Shown piece after piece: positions 13,867-27,719 of a stretch of 64,000 nucleotides of DNA. Below the pieces are notes generated by a model. The model saw only the letters and a program-made list of their open reading frames with translations. It was not told the origin of the DNA and did not search any database. The stretch spans positions 147,568,229 to 147,632,228 of the forward strand of contig JASCQW010000001.1 of assembly GCA_030264375.1 (NCBI GenBank), given 5' to 3'. Origin of the DNA: Carcharhinus longimanus (taxonomy: Eukaryota). Within the stretch, counting starts at the first letter, position 1; each line of letters starts with the position of its first letter. The translations under genes were made by a program, and so were the position numbers.

Positions 13867-14192
13867 GCATGGCACGGTCCAATATCACAATGGTTAGCAT
13901 TGCTGCTTCGCAGCTCCAGGGACTTGGGTTCGATTCCTGGCTTGGGCCACTGTCTGTGTGGAGTTCGCACATCCTCTCCTTGTCTGTGTGGGTTTCCTCC
14001 CACAGTCCAAAGATGTGCGAGTTAGGTTGATTGGCCATGCTAAAATTGCTCTTTAGTATCCTGAAATGTGTAGGTTAGAGTGATTAGCGGATAAATATGT
14101 AGGGGTATGGGGATAGGGGTTGGGTGGGATTGTGATCGGCACAGACTCAATGGGCCAAATGACCTCTTTCTGCACTGTAGGGTTTCTGTAAA
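13867..14192 (+). mobile_element. HE1 V-SINE (tail A)
   Basis: ggttagcattgctgc...ggttcgattcc...V core...tgcactgtagggtttct. Confidence 0.85.
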
Positions 14193-14399
14193 TCCTATTG
14201 TGCCATTGATTTGGCTGTCTTGTTGAGAGTGCTATCAATTTTAACTTTTTATATCTTCTGATTTGACTGTATTCAGTGGTGCACTTTTACTGTCAAATAC
14301 TCTGTCCCTGCTTATCATCCTCTGTTTTACTGTATCCAAATCACTAAACAGCTCAAAATACTACATTTTGGTGAACGATATATACGCACCCTGAAATCA

Positions 14400-15080
14400 C
14401 TTTCACAATTTTAAAAACAAGCTGAATCTCTCCTCTTTTTTTGGTCCAAAATTGCTAATCTCACTTCTATTGAAATTCATCTACCATAGTTGCCCTGACT
14501 CATTTAGCCTAGATATGGAAATGCCGACGTTGGACTGGATTAAGCACAGTAAAAAGTCGCAAAACACCAGGTTAAAGTCCAGTAGGTTTATTTGGTAGCA
14601 CAAGTACGAATAAACCTGTTGGACTTTAACCTGATGTTGTGAGACTTCTTACTGTCATTTAGTTTATCCATGTTACTTGTAATGTAATGCTTCCACCTAC
14701 ATAACTTACTTTGGCACCAATCTTAGTGACCTGGGAAGTCCTATCTATTGCATTATCTAAGTCAACACCAAATTTGGGGAATAGTTGATGGCTCAACAAT
14801 TATTCCTTCTAATTCGAATACGTCGCTGTTATTCCTATTGTCTGTCTATTATCACCTAACCAATTTCCTAACCAGGTCAATAATTTGCCTTCATGCCCAT
14901 GTGCTTTCATTTTGGTTTATGGTCTTTTATGTGGAACTTTATTGACTGCCTTCTGTAGGCCTATACATAACCCATCTCCATAGATATTCTTTTGTTTCCT
15001 ACTTTGGTTACTATTAATAAAAATGCTTTTTGTTGGAAATCCACTACCCATCAGATCCATGTTGGCTCTAGAGGCCCACT
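14400..15080 (-). mobile_element. Decayed CR1 LINE fragment
   Basis: Minus-strand LQKAVNKVPHKR (DFQKAFDKVPH-like) motif. Confidence 0.6.
14512..14655. mobile_element. Short palindromic Penelope-derived element (family A) inserted in a CR1 fragment
   Basis: Arms acagtaaaaagtcgcaaaacaccaggttaaagtcc and ggactttaacctgatgttgtgagacttcttactgt. Flanked by repeated catttag. Confidence 0.7.
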
Positions 15081-15730
15081 GTGGATGAGAGCAGTTAACA
15101 TAGCTTAGACTAAGAATCAAACCTGGCAGGTTTCTGATTTCTATGGTATTGCTATTCATAGTCTTAAGCAGTTCAGCAAGCAAATTCTTCATTTTTCTAG
15201 ATCTCTAGATTTGTGTGCATTGAATTGAGATTTAAATATGTTATTCAGTTCTCCCTGAAATTATATTTGTTATTTAGCAGCTTCATGTAATGAATCTTAC
15301 TAATCTGTTTGATTCAGGGTTACCTATGAAAACAGAAATAGTGGACTAATTACCTATTACGTTACAAGGAGAAGAATCAAATAACAGATTAATGTTAGTA
15401 TAGTGTAAGCTTCTCATGTTCGCATTCCAACAAGGCAGGCCTCGTACAGGAGCAAGAAGAAGCATTTGACTGATTTTACTTTTACAACAGTTTATGTGTA
15501 AAATGTTACTGGCTGTATGTGTTTCTGGTAGTTAGAATTCTGTCTTTGATTAGCTGATTACACCTGAATTGGGAGTACTCAAAGCTGATATTGAAAATGC
15601 TCAAAATGGAAATTTGTTTCATTTCTTGTTACTGACAACATTCAGCTGAAGTTCCCAAGTAACAAACTTAAGATTCAACAATAACCATTTGTGATCTAAG
15701 CGTCTCCTAATTACGTATTTTTATCTGCAG

Positions 15731-15804
15731 GGCTTGCCGCTTAAAGAAAAAGGCTCAATATGAAGCTAATAAAGTAAAACTATGGGGTCTCAATACTGAA
15801 TATG
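15731..15804 (+). CDS. CREBRF: CREBRF next coding exon, 74 nt, phase 2 to phase 1
   Basis: tctgcag|G GCT TGC...GAA TAT G|gtaaga. Translates (R)[24 protein letters not shown](D) and continues the previous exon in frame. Too short for the ORF track. Confidence 0.95.
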
Positions 15805-15849
15805 GTAAGATAATAGTTTTGTATGTTTTGTTTAAGTTATTTGTACTTG

Positions 15850-16074
15850 GAATAAAACAGAAAATAAATGCTGAAAATACAAACTAGCAGCATCTGTAGT
15901 GAGAGAGAGAAACACAACTAACGGTTCAGGCCTCTGATGTTTGCCAGAATGAGAGCATTTAGAGATCAGTTCTTAAATCAGGTTTAAGTCAGGGGCTGAA
16001 GGAAGAACAGAATGGGATAGCCTATGATGGGCAAGGATCACCAACCTAAAATGTTAACACTGTTTCTCTCTTCT
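15850..16074. mobile_element. Penelope-derived family B element, right end truncated
   Basis: aaaacagaaaataaatgctgaaaatac...gcagcatctgtagtgagagagagaaacac. The return arm (aaatgttaacactgtttctctc) is cut at 16074. Confidence 0.55.
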
Positions 16075-16515
16075 GATGTGGAGATGCCGGCGTCGGACTG
16101 GGGTAAACACAGTAAGAAGTCTGACGACATCAGGTTTAAGTCCAACCGATTTATTTGATAGTCAACTCGCAAGCTTTCGAGGTTTCCCTCTACATCAGGT
16201 GAATGAAGAGTTCTGGCCTCAGACAGAGCATATAAAGCACAGTTTACAGATTACTGATTAGAATGCAAATCTTTACACCTAACCTGCTGTTCAAGTCTTA
16301 AAGTGGCATTGTTAGCCACTTTAAGACTTGAACAGCAGATTAGGTGTAAAGATTCGCATTCTAATCACTAATCTGTAAACTGTCTGTGCTTTATATGCTC
16401 TGTCTGAAGCCAGAACTCTCCAGTCACCTGACGAAGGGACTAACCCCGAAAGCTAGTGAGTGTACTATCAAATAAATCGGTTGGACTGAAACCTGGTGTT
16501 GTCAGACTTTTTACT
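16075..16515. mobile_element. Palindromic Penelope-derived element (family A), ~200-bp inverted arms
   Basis: Arms ~16111-16307 and ~16315-16515 around a short loop (aagtggc attgtta gccactt). Unpaired 5' extension gatgtggagatgccggcgtcggactgggg. Carries a hammerhead motif. Confidence 0.75.
16421..16462 (+). ncRNA. Minimal type I hammerhead ribozyme motif in a Penelope-derived element
   Basis: cagtcac-CTGACGA-agggactaacccc-GAAA-gc-TA-gtgagtg: catalytic boxes, short stem II, palindromic AGCT stem III, and stem I closing (cagtcac/gtgagtg). Confidence 0.65.
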
Positions 16516-16703
16516 AGTACACAAAAGACAGTATTCTTAAGTGTTAACCTTGTGGTGAAATAAGCTGTTGACATTCACTGTCTCAGATTGGTTAAATTAG
16601 CAGAAGGTTGTTGGCACCTTTTGCAGCATAACTCAGCAGGAACCTTCTGCCTACTGGCTAATTTTTCAAAGTCTCCCCACCCACATTATAGTTGTGTATT
16701 TAA

Positions 16704-16913
<210 letters not shown>

Positions 16914-17047
16914 TAACTTTAATTTCAAATATATTGTTAAATTGTGGATCGTTGATTTTAAGTCATTTTTCTTAGTTCATTTTTACTGTAAGAATTGAAC
17001 ACATCGTTGGAAAAAATTATCTAAACACGTACATTTAAAATTGTATC

Positions 17048-17703
17048 TGCATGCTTTTCTTTTTGCACATGATCCAAACTTTACAGGATCTTGTTTGTTG
17101 TGTGACTGACTTGATTTGATTCTACTTTCTGTTACACAGAGTACTGGCTGGGAGGTAGGTGTTACTTCAGTTGATGTTGGAGCACTAATGTTTAATGTAA
17201 GACTTGTGTGAATGCTTTGCCTGTGTGTGCTGGCTGTGGGTGTTCTGTTGTTGTCTGGCTATGGAGCCATTTCTTTTGACCTCAGAATTGTAGTTTTTTA
17301 TTCCCTGTTGAGGCCATGTGAAATGCTTTCGGATGAACAGATCTCACAGACGGTGCATGTTACGTAGACAATTTCTCACTAATGAAGAGTCCTGTGAATG
17401 AGTCACTTCCATTATCACTAGCTTTTAATCGTGTTTGTTTCACAGACATGTATTTGCCTCTCACTGCTGCTGGCAGGAAGGTTTTCTTTATTTTACTAGT
17501 TTTGATTTATACATTTTTTTTCCTCAGTGCAATTATTTGTGTCCATTGTTCACGAGTCACACATTGCAACATTGCATGGTGAAGTACCTCCCTAGCCTGT
17601 TTACTTGTCCAGTTGTGGTCTGTGTTAGCTTCTTCTCCTTTCTCAATCATCCATCATGTGGGGGGCTGAATATGCTATCCCTTTTATTATCAGATACTGC
17701 ATG
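17048..17703 (+). promoter_or_regulatory. Cluster of TGCATG (RBFOX-type) splicing motifs around the DOCK7 microexon
   Basis: TGCATG at 17048, 17354, 17573 and 17698 in repeat-free intronic sequence. Confidence 0.55.
17140..17154 (+). CDS. DOCK7: DOCK7 15-nt alternative microexon (STGWE)
   Basis: ctgac...gttacacag|AGTACTGGCTGGGAG|gtaggt. STGWE is the peptide between KIVHQ and RMFG in known DOCK7 isoforms. Confidence 0.9.
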
Positions 17704-18566
17704 TTGTGCTGTGCTGTCATGTTCAAGTGGAGTTGATAGCTGCTGTCTTTATAAATTTACTTTTATTGCTGGAATGTGTTGCCTTTTTGTTTCAAAGATC
17801 CCTGCCCTTTTAAAATAATTTATGTTTTCTCCTTCTCTCTCTCTCGCCCTGACGCTGATCCCTTCCTCCTGCTTTTATAACTGTCCTTATTGTGGTAAGT
17901 TTTCTACTTTGTTGATCTATTGCGATACCTGATGCATTCTTTGTTGGGGGAAAGAAATTACATTTTATGTGAATCACATAACTTTTATTTTCTCCTTTGG
18001 GTGCTTGCTTTTATCATGCATCCCATGTACCAATATTCATTGTGTTGGCATCAAGGTGGTTGTCTTGTGTGACTAAATATTTTTAATAATTCTGCAACAT
18101 TCACTCCCATGAGCTATTATTTCAGCTAGCAGACTTTCTATTAGATGCCTGTCTCCCTTTAATTCTCTGATCAGAAAGAAGCTGGTGCCAAGCCTGGTGC
18201 CCACTTTCCGTAAAACACTCCTGAAAATGGGTGGGCCAGTGACGAGAAGGAATTGAAGTGAGAAGAGCGAGAATATCTGTTTGTTTCATGACAGTGTTTT
18301 GCCTGTTGTAGAAACATGTCACAGGAGTGTGGCAAATCCTGCAAATCCCGAGGCAGTATAAAGGGGGCATAGGCCCTTGGTCACTTTACTTTGCTCTGGA
18401 AGACTAAGCATTCCTTGTTGGAAACTCGTATGAAAATTGGAATCCAAAATATGAATTATATGAGGAGGGCTGTTCGACAACAAAGATCCCATGGCGTTCT
18501 TAAAAGAGAAGCAGACCTTTTTGTTTCCCATTACCCTGCTAATATTTGTCTTAGGAGCACAGATAT

Positions 18567-18740
18567 GGGCAGCACAGTGGTTAGCACTGCTGCCTCATAG
18601 CTCCAGGGACCCAGGTTCAATTCTGGCCTTGTGTGACTGTGGAATTTGCATGTTCTCCCTGTGTCTGTGTGGGTTTCCTCAGGGGCTCCTGTTTCCTCTC
18701 TCAGTCCAAAGATGAGCAAGTTAGGTATTCCAGCCCATTT
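18567..18740 (+). mobile_element. HE1 V-SINE, 5' part
   Basis: ggcagcacagtggttagcactgctgcctca...V core. Confidence 0.8.
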
Positions 18741-19470
18741 GAAATAAGCCAACATTTCATTAACCTTTTTAATTGCTTTATACCTTTATTTTAATTTTAA
18801 TGCTTCATGGATGGGACCCCCTGCGCCCCCCCATCCTTCCCCCAAAATCTCTCTGCTCATTTATAGGTCCTTCTTTCTCATCATTTAGAAAGTAATCCAG
18901 TTTATCTGTATGGAGGCCAAAGTGGATGACCTTACACATTTGCCTAAATTAAACTCTCATTGTCTGAATTTTGTCCACTCTCTTAATCTGTCTATGTCCT
19001 TTTGCAAAATCTAAACTAGATACTGTAACTTCTAACTGAGTCACCTGTCTTTATTCCAACATCAGTCATCAATAAATATGGTGGAAAGTTGAGGCATAGA
19101 ACATACGTCAAAGGAAGAGAAGGTTGAGAAGAGATTGATAAAAGAGTTCAAAATTAAAAAGGATCTAGACAAGTGGATAAAGAAAAACTAATTGAACAGT
19201 TGAGAATCCAGAGAACATCGATTTAAGACGATTAGCAAAAGAAGCAATGTTGACATGAAGGAAATTCTTGTAATGAAGTGTGAGGCTAGGATCTGTAAGA
19301 ATGCACTGCCTGGAAGTATGGTAGAGGCAGATTTAATTGTGGCTTTCAAAGGGAATTGGGTAAGAAAAATTACAGGCCCACAAGGTTAAGGAGTAGGACT
19401 AACTGGGTTGCTTTGCAGAGAGAAAGCATGGACGTTGCCTGGATGGCTTCCTATGTTCTAATAATTCTGT
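18740..19470. mobile_element. Decayed CR1 fragments (minus then plus)
   Basis: Similar by eye to other CR1 3' fragments in the window. Confidence 0.5.
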
Positions 19471-19508
19471 GGTTCGTCAGAAATGACGAAACCCGAACAA
19501 AGCTATGT

Positions 19509-19962
19509 GGCATGGTGGTACACGTTCCAAATGTTGCTTTTTCCACTATTATCTGCCATGCCTGTTATTTGCTTGGATATTCTGTGTTGCAAATACGTAG
19601 GCAGTATTTCAATATGATTGAACCACATACAGCAGCAAAACACACCAAAAAATACTTGCCGCAACAATGCATATGTAGCATTGCTGCCTCAATTGAACCA
19701 GGGGCCCGGGTTCAATTCCTGGCGTGGGTGACTGTGTGGAGTTTGCATGTTCTCCCCGTGGCTGTGTGAGTTTCCTCCAGGTGCTCGAGTTTCCTCCCAC
19801 AGTCTAAAGATGTGTGAGTTAGGTTGACTTAGGCTATGCTAAATTGCCTCTTAGTGTCAGGAGATTAGTAGGGTAAATAAGTGGGGTTATGGGAATAAGG
19901 TGGGACTGTGATTGGTGCAGATTCGATAGGCCAAATGGCCTTTTCTGCACTGTAGAGATTCA
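19509..19962 (+). mobile_element. HE1 V-SINE with a ~155-bp foreign insert in its tRNA head
   Basis: ggcatggtggtaca [insert 19523-19675] tagcattgctgcctca...V core...tail. Confidence 0.8.
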
Positions 19963-20191
19963 TTGATTTTAAGCATGAGGACTTATATAAAAGCAGGTCT
20001 TTCAAATACACTTGTGAAAAAGGTAGATATTTGTACTTGATGCCATGCTAATTACGAGTAGAAATCAGGAGTGAATATTGCACAACTAAATTGTTAAATT
20101 GTTTGTCTCTCATTCTGCTTTTTGCAATTTCTATTTTCTTTAATTAATTTGCCGTTAAATTTTGTATATATTCCTACGTTGCTTTGCGGCT

Positions 20192-20333
20192 GTTCCTTGT
20201 GTTGCTTTTTCCTCTATTATCTGCTTGGATATTCTGTGTTGCAAACACATAGGCAGTATTTCAATATGAATGAACTACATACAGCAGCAAAACACACCAA
20301 AAAATACATGCCACAACAATGCATATGTAGCAT
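20192..20333 (+). repeat. Donor copy of a local direct duplication (other copy 19524-19681)
   Basis: gcttggatattctgtgttgcaaa...cacaccaaaaaatac...caacaatgcatatgtagcat occurs twice. Confidence 0.9.
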
Positions 20334-21779
20334 GATAGACTGGGAAGATGCAAGTTTGATTTCCACGCTCCAAATAAACCACGTCAAAAAGGCGCTGATT
20401 CCCTGCAGGCAAAAAATTGAAAAGAATTACATAATTTTGTAAGAGCTGCCAAAGAGGGCAATATCAAAGGAGGGCAACAGGCTACCCATTTCCGTCCTCA
20501 ATGGCAGAAGGGCTGCACTGTTAATTAACAACAGCTCCTCTTGTTTCCTTAGAGCACTACTGCTACGGTTATAACCCTGGTGAGTATCAAAACTGATCGG
20601 TGCTAGTGACAAAAGGACGGAAGGGCCAAGGAGAGTATGTCTCAGGAAAGTGCACCCTTTTGCTTTCCAGGAAAAGAATAGGGTTATGCAGAGAGTACAC
20701 AGTTTTTCCTGGTGCCAGGTAGCTGCAGGGTGGCCCGGAATGGCATCTCCCATTGAAATAAACAGAGTTTGAGATCTAGCTGAGAATTTAATTACATTTT
20801 GAAAGCTGCATTGTTCCAAGAGCTGGGGGAGTACTTCAGATGGAAAATAGTCTTCATAGATTTTTCATCCTCTTTAAGCTTACAGCCATCCAATGTATGC
20901 AGTTAAAAATGGAGTCAACATAAGAATTTGCAAAATAGATTAACAAGATATAAGTCTGTGATTGCAGTATGTGCATTTGTACATGCATTTTAATTTACAT
21001 TCTCGCCCAAAATGCATGACATGCAATCATTTTTAAGTGATGTTCTAATTATCTAACCTTTATTAACATTCTAAAGGTTTTATGTTTGCTGTTGATTAAC
21101 TGTGTTTGTATTTTTCTATCTCAATGCATATATTGGCATGGATTGTTTTGATTTTTTAAAATTGAAACCCACCCAAAGCTCTCTGTGAATTGTATTTTGG
21201 TTTTACAGTGGGTAATTGTTATGCATGATTGTTGATGTGCATTATATACAGAGGATTGACTTGCCTCATCCTGTAGCACTTTTCTGATTGCTGTTGCCTA
21301 CATTGGGAAATCTGAGACTTGCACAGTGGTCTCCGACACAATATAGCCAAGTATTTTAGTAGTCCCAACAACCACCCGGATCAAATTCTTGAGATATTTG
21401 TCCTTATTACAGTTAGATCTGGATACTCCCAGTACTGACACAAAATAAACAAACAAAATAATGATTTTAATCTTATGAAACTTGCATCTTTTAAATACTG
21501 GCATTTAAGCTTTTGTAGAGGGAGATGTTTGTTTCAGTTATTTAATGTATAAAACCAATATGGAAGCTAAATTGTGCCTCAGCTGCTGAATCGATTAGTC
21601 AGTTTGGATCTAATCTATACCAAGGAGGTCATAGATCCAACCTGTAATCTGAATTAAGCAATTTTAGCTCAACCAAGGCAGCAACTGGGCCATCCTCATG
21701 TCAGCATCCCTTGTCCTGAAAGGGAAAACAATCACTCTTCTTTAGGTATGGACAGGATTGGAATCAGCTGTGATGTAGC

Positions 21780-22110
21780 CACAAGAACACAAAAAGTAGA
21801 AGCAGGAGTAGGCTACCAGGCCCTTCAAGCCTGCCCCACCATTCAATACAATCATGGCTGGCCTATGCTGGCCTCAAAATCTTTTCTGTGCCACTTTGCC
21901 TCCACTTTGAATACTCCTAATAATCCAGCCTCCATCACCCTTTGGGGCAGAGAATTCCAGAGATTCACCACACTCTGCAAGAAGAAATTTCTATGCACAT
22001 CAGTTTTAAATGATTGGCCCTTTAACTTGTAGCTAGTAACTCTCTGACTGGTGAAAACATCTCACCATCAACTTCTCAGGATGTTTGAATAAGGTCACCC
22101 CTCATTCTTC
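21780..22110 (-). mobile_element. CR1 LINE 3' fragment
   Basis: ggcagagaattccagagattcaccacactctg and a CR1 tail. Confidence 0.7.
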
Positions 22111-22496
22111 GGTCAAATATTTTATTGACATTTTCTAAATCTACTTGTGAAAATGGCCCCACTTAGAGATAGGATACTGGATAGTATCTAGTACTCATGG
22201 AACTAAGTCCAAGGGTTGGGTCAATGTCTCCACAACAGCAGCGGGAGAATGTTAAAAGTACAATGCAGAATATTATTTCCCTAAATGTTGCATTAGCAAC
22301 AGTGTTAATTTGGTATTGAAAGGATTTTGATTTGTAATGATGTGAAACATAATGTTTCAGCAGTAAGAATTTACACTGTTCTACTAGTTAATCCTTGATA
22401 TGAAGTAGTGTGTGTAGGAAACCATTGAAGTGCAAGATGTGGTTGGCAGAAAGTAAATCTTGTTTATCATTGTCCCATCATGGGTGTCTCAGAGAG

Positions 22497-22812
22497 AATC
22501 ATAGAATTCTACAATGCAGAAGGAGACCATTCGACCCATTGAGTCTACATCGACCACAATCCCACCGAGGCCCTATCCCCAAAGCCTCATACATCTATCC
22601 TAGCTAGTCCCCCAGACACTTAGGGACAATTTAGCATGGCCAATCCACCTAACCCACACATCTTTGAACTGTGAAAGGAAACCAGAGCACCCGGAAGAAA
22701 ACCACACAGACACAGAGAGAATGTGCAAATTCCATACAGACAGTGACCCAAACCGAGAATTGAACCTGGGTCCCTGGTGCTGTGAGGCAGCAGTGCTAAC
22801 CACTATGCCGCC
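22497..22812 (-). mobile_element. HE1 V-SINE (tail A)
   Basis: Full head, core and tail. Confidence 0.85.
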
Positions 22813-23243
22813 CTTGCCAAGTTGAGGCCAAGTAGTTGCCAGCGAGAGGGGGAGCTCATTGTTTGGGAGAGGAGTTGGAAAGGAATTTGCAAAATGCTTT
22901 GAAAGATATAAAATGTATTGTAATTTTTTTTGCAAATGCTGTGGCAGGTGTGTGCAAAATAGATTGGACATTTTGCATTTGATGCTTTCTTTTTTCCTTT
23001 GTCCACATATGGTTTTCAAAAATATCTTGGAAATAACGCTGGCAGAGACAGTTTAGCCTACCACACTACTCTAAACTTTCCCTGAATGGATGAAAGGAAA
23101 CACCTTAAAATAAAGCGACAGTTCTTTTCCCTTTTTAGACCATTGAGGTTAAAAGCTAATACTTGATTAAAATATTTGACATGTTGAATATGAAGGGGAA
23201 CTTACTAAAGAGGTAAAGGTGAACAACAAAGACATGAAGGTGT

Positions 23244-23455
23244 TTGAGCAGATCTTGAAAGATGGCTTACCTGAAGCTTCCTTGCTTCAAAACAACATGA
23301 CATTCCAGTAAAATGCAAAGGGACAGTTAAGAATCTGCTTTATAATAACATCCAGTAGCCATTATCTGTGGCTGCAGGCAGACTTGAAATATTATTTTAA
23401 ACTAAATACACTCACTACAAAATAATTGGACTGTCTTTGTAACATTAGTTCACCA
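23244..23455 (+). repeat. ~210-bp diverged direct repeat, copy 1 (copy 2 at 25138-25349)
   Basis: Shared aatctgcttta...tccagtagccattatctgtg...ctttgtaacattagttcacca. Confidence 0.85.
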
Positions 23456-23456
23456 A

Positions 23457-23740
23457 CAGCATGGTGGCACAGTGGTTAGTACTGCTGTCTCACAGCACAG
23501 GGACCTGGGTTCGATTCCTGGCTTGGGTCATTGTCTGCATGTTCCCCCTGTGTCTGCGTGGGTTTCCTCCAGGTGCTGCGGTTTCCTCCCGCGATCTGAA
23601 AGATATGCTGATTAGATGCATTGGCTATGCTAAATTATCCCTGAATGTACTCGAACAGGCATCAGACTAGAGGATCATAGTAACTTCATTGTAGTGTTAA
23701 TGTAAACCTACTTCTGACACTAATAAATAAATATTTAAAC
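23457..23740 (+). mobile_element. V-SINE, tail type B
   Basis: HE1-like head/core. Tail cgaacaggc...gtaacttcattgtagtgttaatgtaaacctacttctgacactaataaataaa. Confidence 0.8.
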
Positions 23741-23986
23741 ATTAGAGAACTTATTTTGTTGGAAAGTCATTTGATTCGTGGCTTTTGGGATCAAAGAATA
23801 TTTAGACTTAAGTTTAAATGACTCAGGTAACATATATATATATAGCCTGAGGAGAGAGTGGGCATCACAGACTGAATGGGGTTTTCTAACTGCATGTTTG
23901 ACATCTGAAAATTATGAACAGGATCAGTGCTGCAGTTGGTTTGTGTGTGGTTGATCCAAGATAACCATAAAAATTCCCGTTTGTAG

Positions 23987-24720
<734 letters not shown>

Positions 24721-25137
24721 ATAAGATTTTGCAGGCAGCCGTTTTTAGTTCTTGGCAGCTTGAAATAAAATGGTTTAACATTACAGGAGAAGAATCAGTT
24801 GACAAAACAGACCACTGAGCAAAAGCAGAAAAGACTAATAACAACAATGAAAAAAGGAGGGAATTCCTTATTTTTATTGAAGGATGGCTTGAGTGCTTTC
24901 CTGGTGAGGTGTAGGATGGATTGGTGTTTGCAAAGTTATGGAGTTGGTAACAAGTATGATGTATGCAGAAAATAATCACAAGGTATCTGTGGCCAATACC
25001 TGCTGGAGATTTTTAAAGGCAAGAAAATCAACTGCCTGATAGCCAGATATATTCATCCAGCAGGATTTTGCTGAGTTGAGAGGATTAAAAATCTGACAGG
25101 AGCAAGACATTTAAACTCAACAGGCAGAATGGGGTTG

Positions 25138-25349
25138 TTGAAGCAAATCTTGAAAAATGACATCCTGTAGCTTATTTGCCTCGAAACAACATGGCGTTCC
25201 AGTAGAGTACAAAGAGACAGTTCAAAATCTGCTTTAGAATAATATCCAGTAGCCATTATCTGTGACTGTAGGCAGACTCAAAATATATTTTTAAATTAAA
25301 GATACTCACTATAGAATAGTTAGACTGACTTTGTAACATTAGTTCACCA
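25138..25349 (+). repeat. ~210-bp diverged direct repeat, copy 2
   Basis: See 23244-23455. Confidence 0.85.
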
Positions 25350-25534
25350 GTGGAGCATTGAATTACATTGGAAAACCCTGTAACAATGCCACCTACAGTC
25401 ATAATTGGTGCTGCAAATGTCTTTTTAAGATGGATTTTGCCACAGACGTGACTTTTATACATTTCAAAATACTATAGACTACTTTATTACTTATCAGTGT
25501 TTAATATTTAATGAATGCATTTCTTTTGGATTAG

Positions 25535-25642
<108 letters not shown>

Positions 25643-26456
25643 TAACAGCTGTTCATTAAATATTCCCTTTTCTCCCCTCCTCTTCTGAATGTGCCATCCC
25701 TTATTGGGGTTTAATTACACAAGTCCTCTATCTCAATTGATCATTTCTTTGCGAATGAGAGTGGCTGGTGAGTACTGCTAGACTCTATGGCCATGAAAGA
25801 CATTACGGTTGATCCTGATTCTCACAGAGCATCCACTCACACAAACTTTGCAACCAAACTGTTTTATTTTTCATCAGGTGTTGAAGTCAGATGCAGTCCC
25901 CCGGTTGATGTTAGTATTGCGATGACCACAGGCAGATTTATGTTATTGATTCTAGCACTCATAAGTATCATGAAGATTAAACCTTTGGAGGTGAAATACC
26001 TTAGTCCCATAATTTTCCAAAGTACTTGCTTACACTTTACTCAAGTGGTTGCACACACTGTAGAAATGTGGTGCCGCACCCTACAAATTCCAATGAAATT
26101 CGGGAGTCGGACAAATGAGGAAGTAGAAGGAAATAGCAGGTCATCAGTGCACTGTGATATGATTCACTAGAGCAGAAATTCACTGAATCAGGGCATAAGC
26201 ATTATTTTAATCCTTTCACAGGATATGGGAATTGTTGGCAAGGCCAGCATTTTTTACCCTTCCTAAATCTCTTGGTGGTGCACTGCAGCAGTCCATGAAG
26301 TATAGGCTGTACTGTACTGGGAGATGGATAGTGCTGAAATTGGCCCCATGAACTCCCAGAATTCTTCACCATGTTAGCCAAGAAGTGTAAAGATCCAGAT
26401 GAGGAGGAAATCCAAGAAGCCCATTCATGATCTGTATGGTAAAGCAGTTGAAATAA

Positions 26457-26753
<297 letters not shown>

Positions 26754-27407
26754 TAAATTAATGTTTCATCATCAACTGTAAATGTTCATCACAGGAACAC
26801 TACCATGTTCTGTTTCCAATTCATTTTCAGTTGTAGCATTGTATAACTCCTTTTGCAAGGCAATAGACATGTTTGTTGGAAGGACCACTTCCTTAGTACT
26901 TCTGTAGAGTTGGGAAAATCTACTTTGACTCATCAATAGTTAATCCAGTTGAAATTCACTCCTAGTCTTGTGTTCCAATTAGTAGTCCTGTATTTGAATT
27001 TACTGTTTCCTCTTAAAAGCATACATCTACTTGTTATATAGGTTTTGTAGGACATGCAGCTGTTTCTTTTTACCAAGGGATTGCTCTTTTCCTTTGTAGA
27101 TCAGGAACTAATTGCAGCCAAGTGGTGTGATGGTTGTGTAGCTTCCAGGCTGCTGCCAATGTTGCTCTGAAATGGCTGATACATGACAGCAGGTCTCATG
27201 ACAGCCCACCAATCCTTTATTTTCCTCCCTCCTCCCCCTTCCTCCCCCTCTGTGATAAAGGTCTGAGTGGAAGGGATTTAGGAGAAAAATCAAACCAGTG
27301 CTATTGCGAAGGCAAAAACAATAAATACACAGCCTAGCTAGCTATTAAAGTTAACACTAATTCACTATGCTTGCATCCCACCATCATGCACAAATAAGAG
27401 GCAATGA

Positions 27408-27719
<312 letters not shown>

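Noticed and set aside
13867-14192. tRNA genes suggested by A/B-box motifs
   Set aside because: All are tRNA-derived SINE heads followed by V, Deu or family C cores.
17820-17900. Additional DOCK7 microexon ending at tgtg|gtaagt
   Set aside because: There is no AG acceptor between the polypyrimidine tract and the donor-like site.
18122-18370. FTESG peptide resembling the missing upstream DOCK7 exon
   Set aside because: Wrong strand and position, only a 5-residue match, and the flanks do not match.
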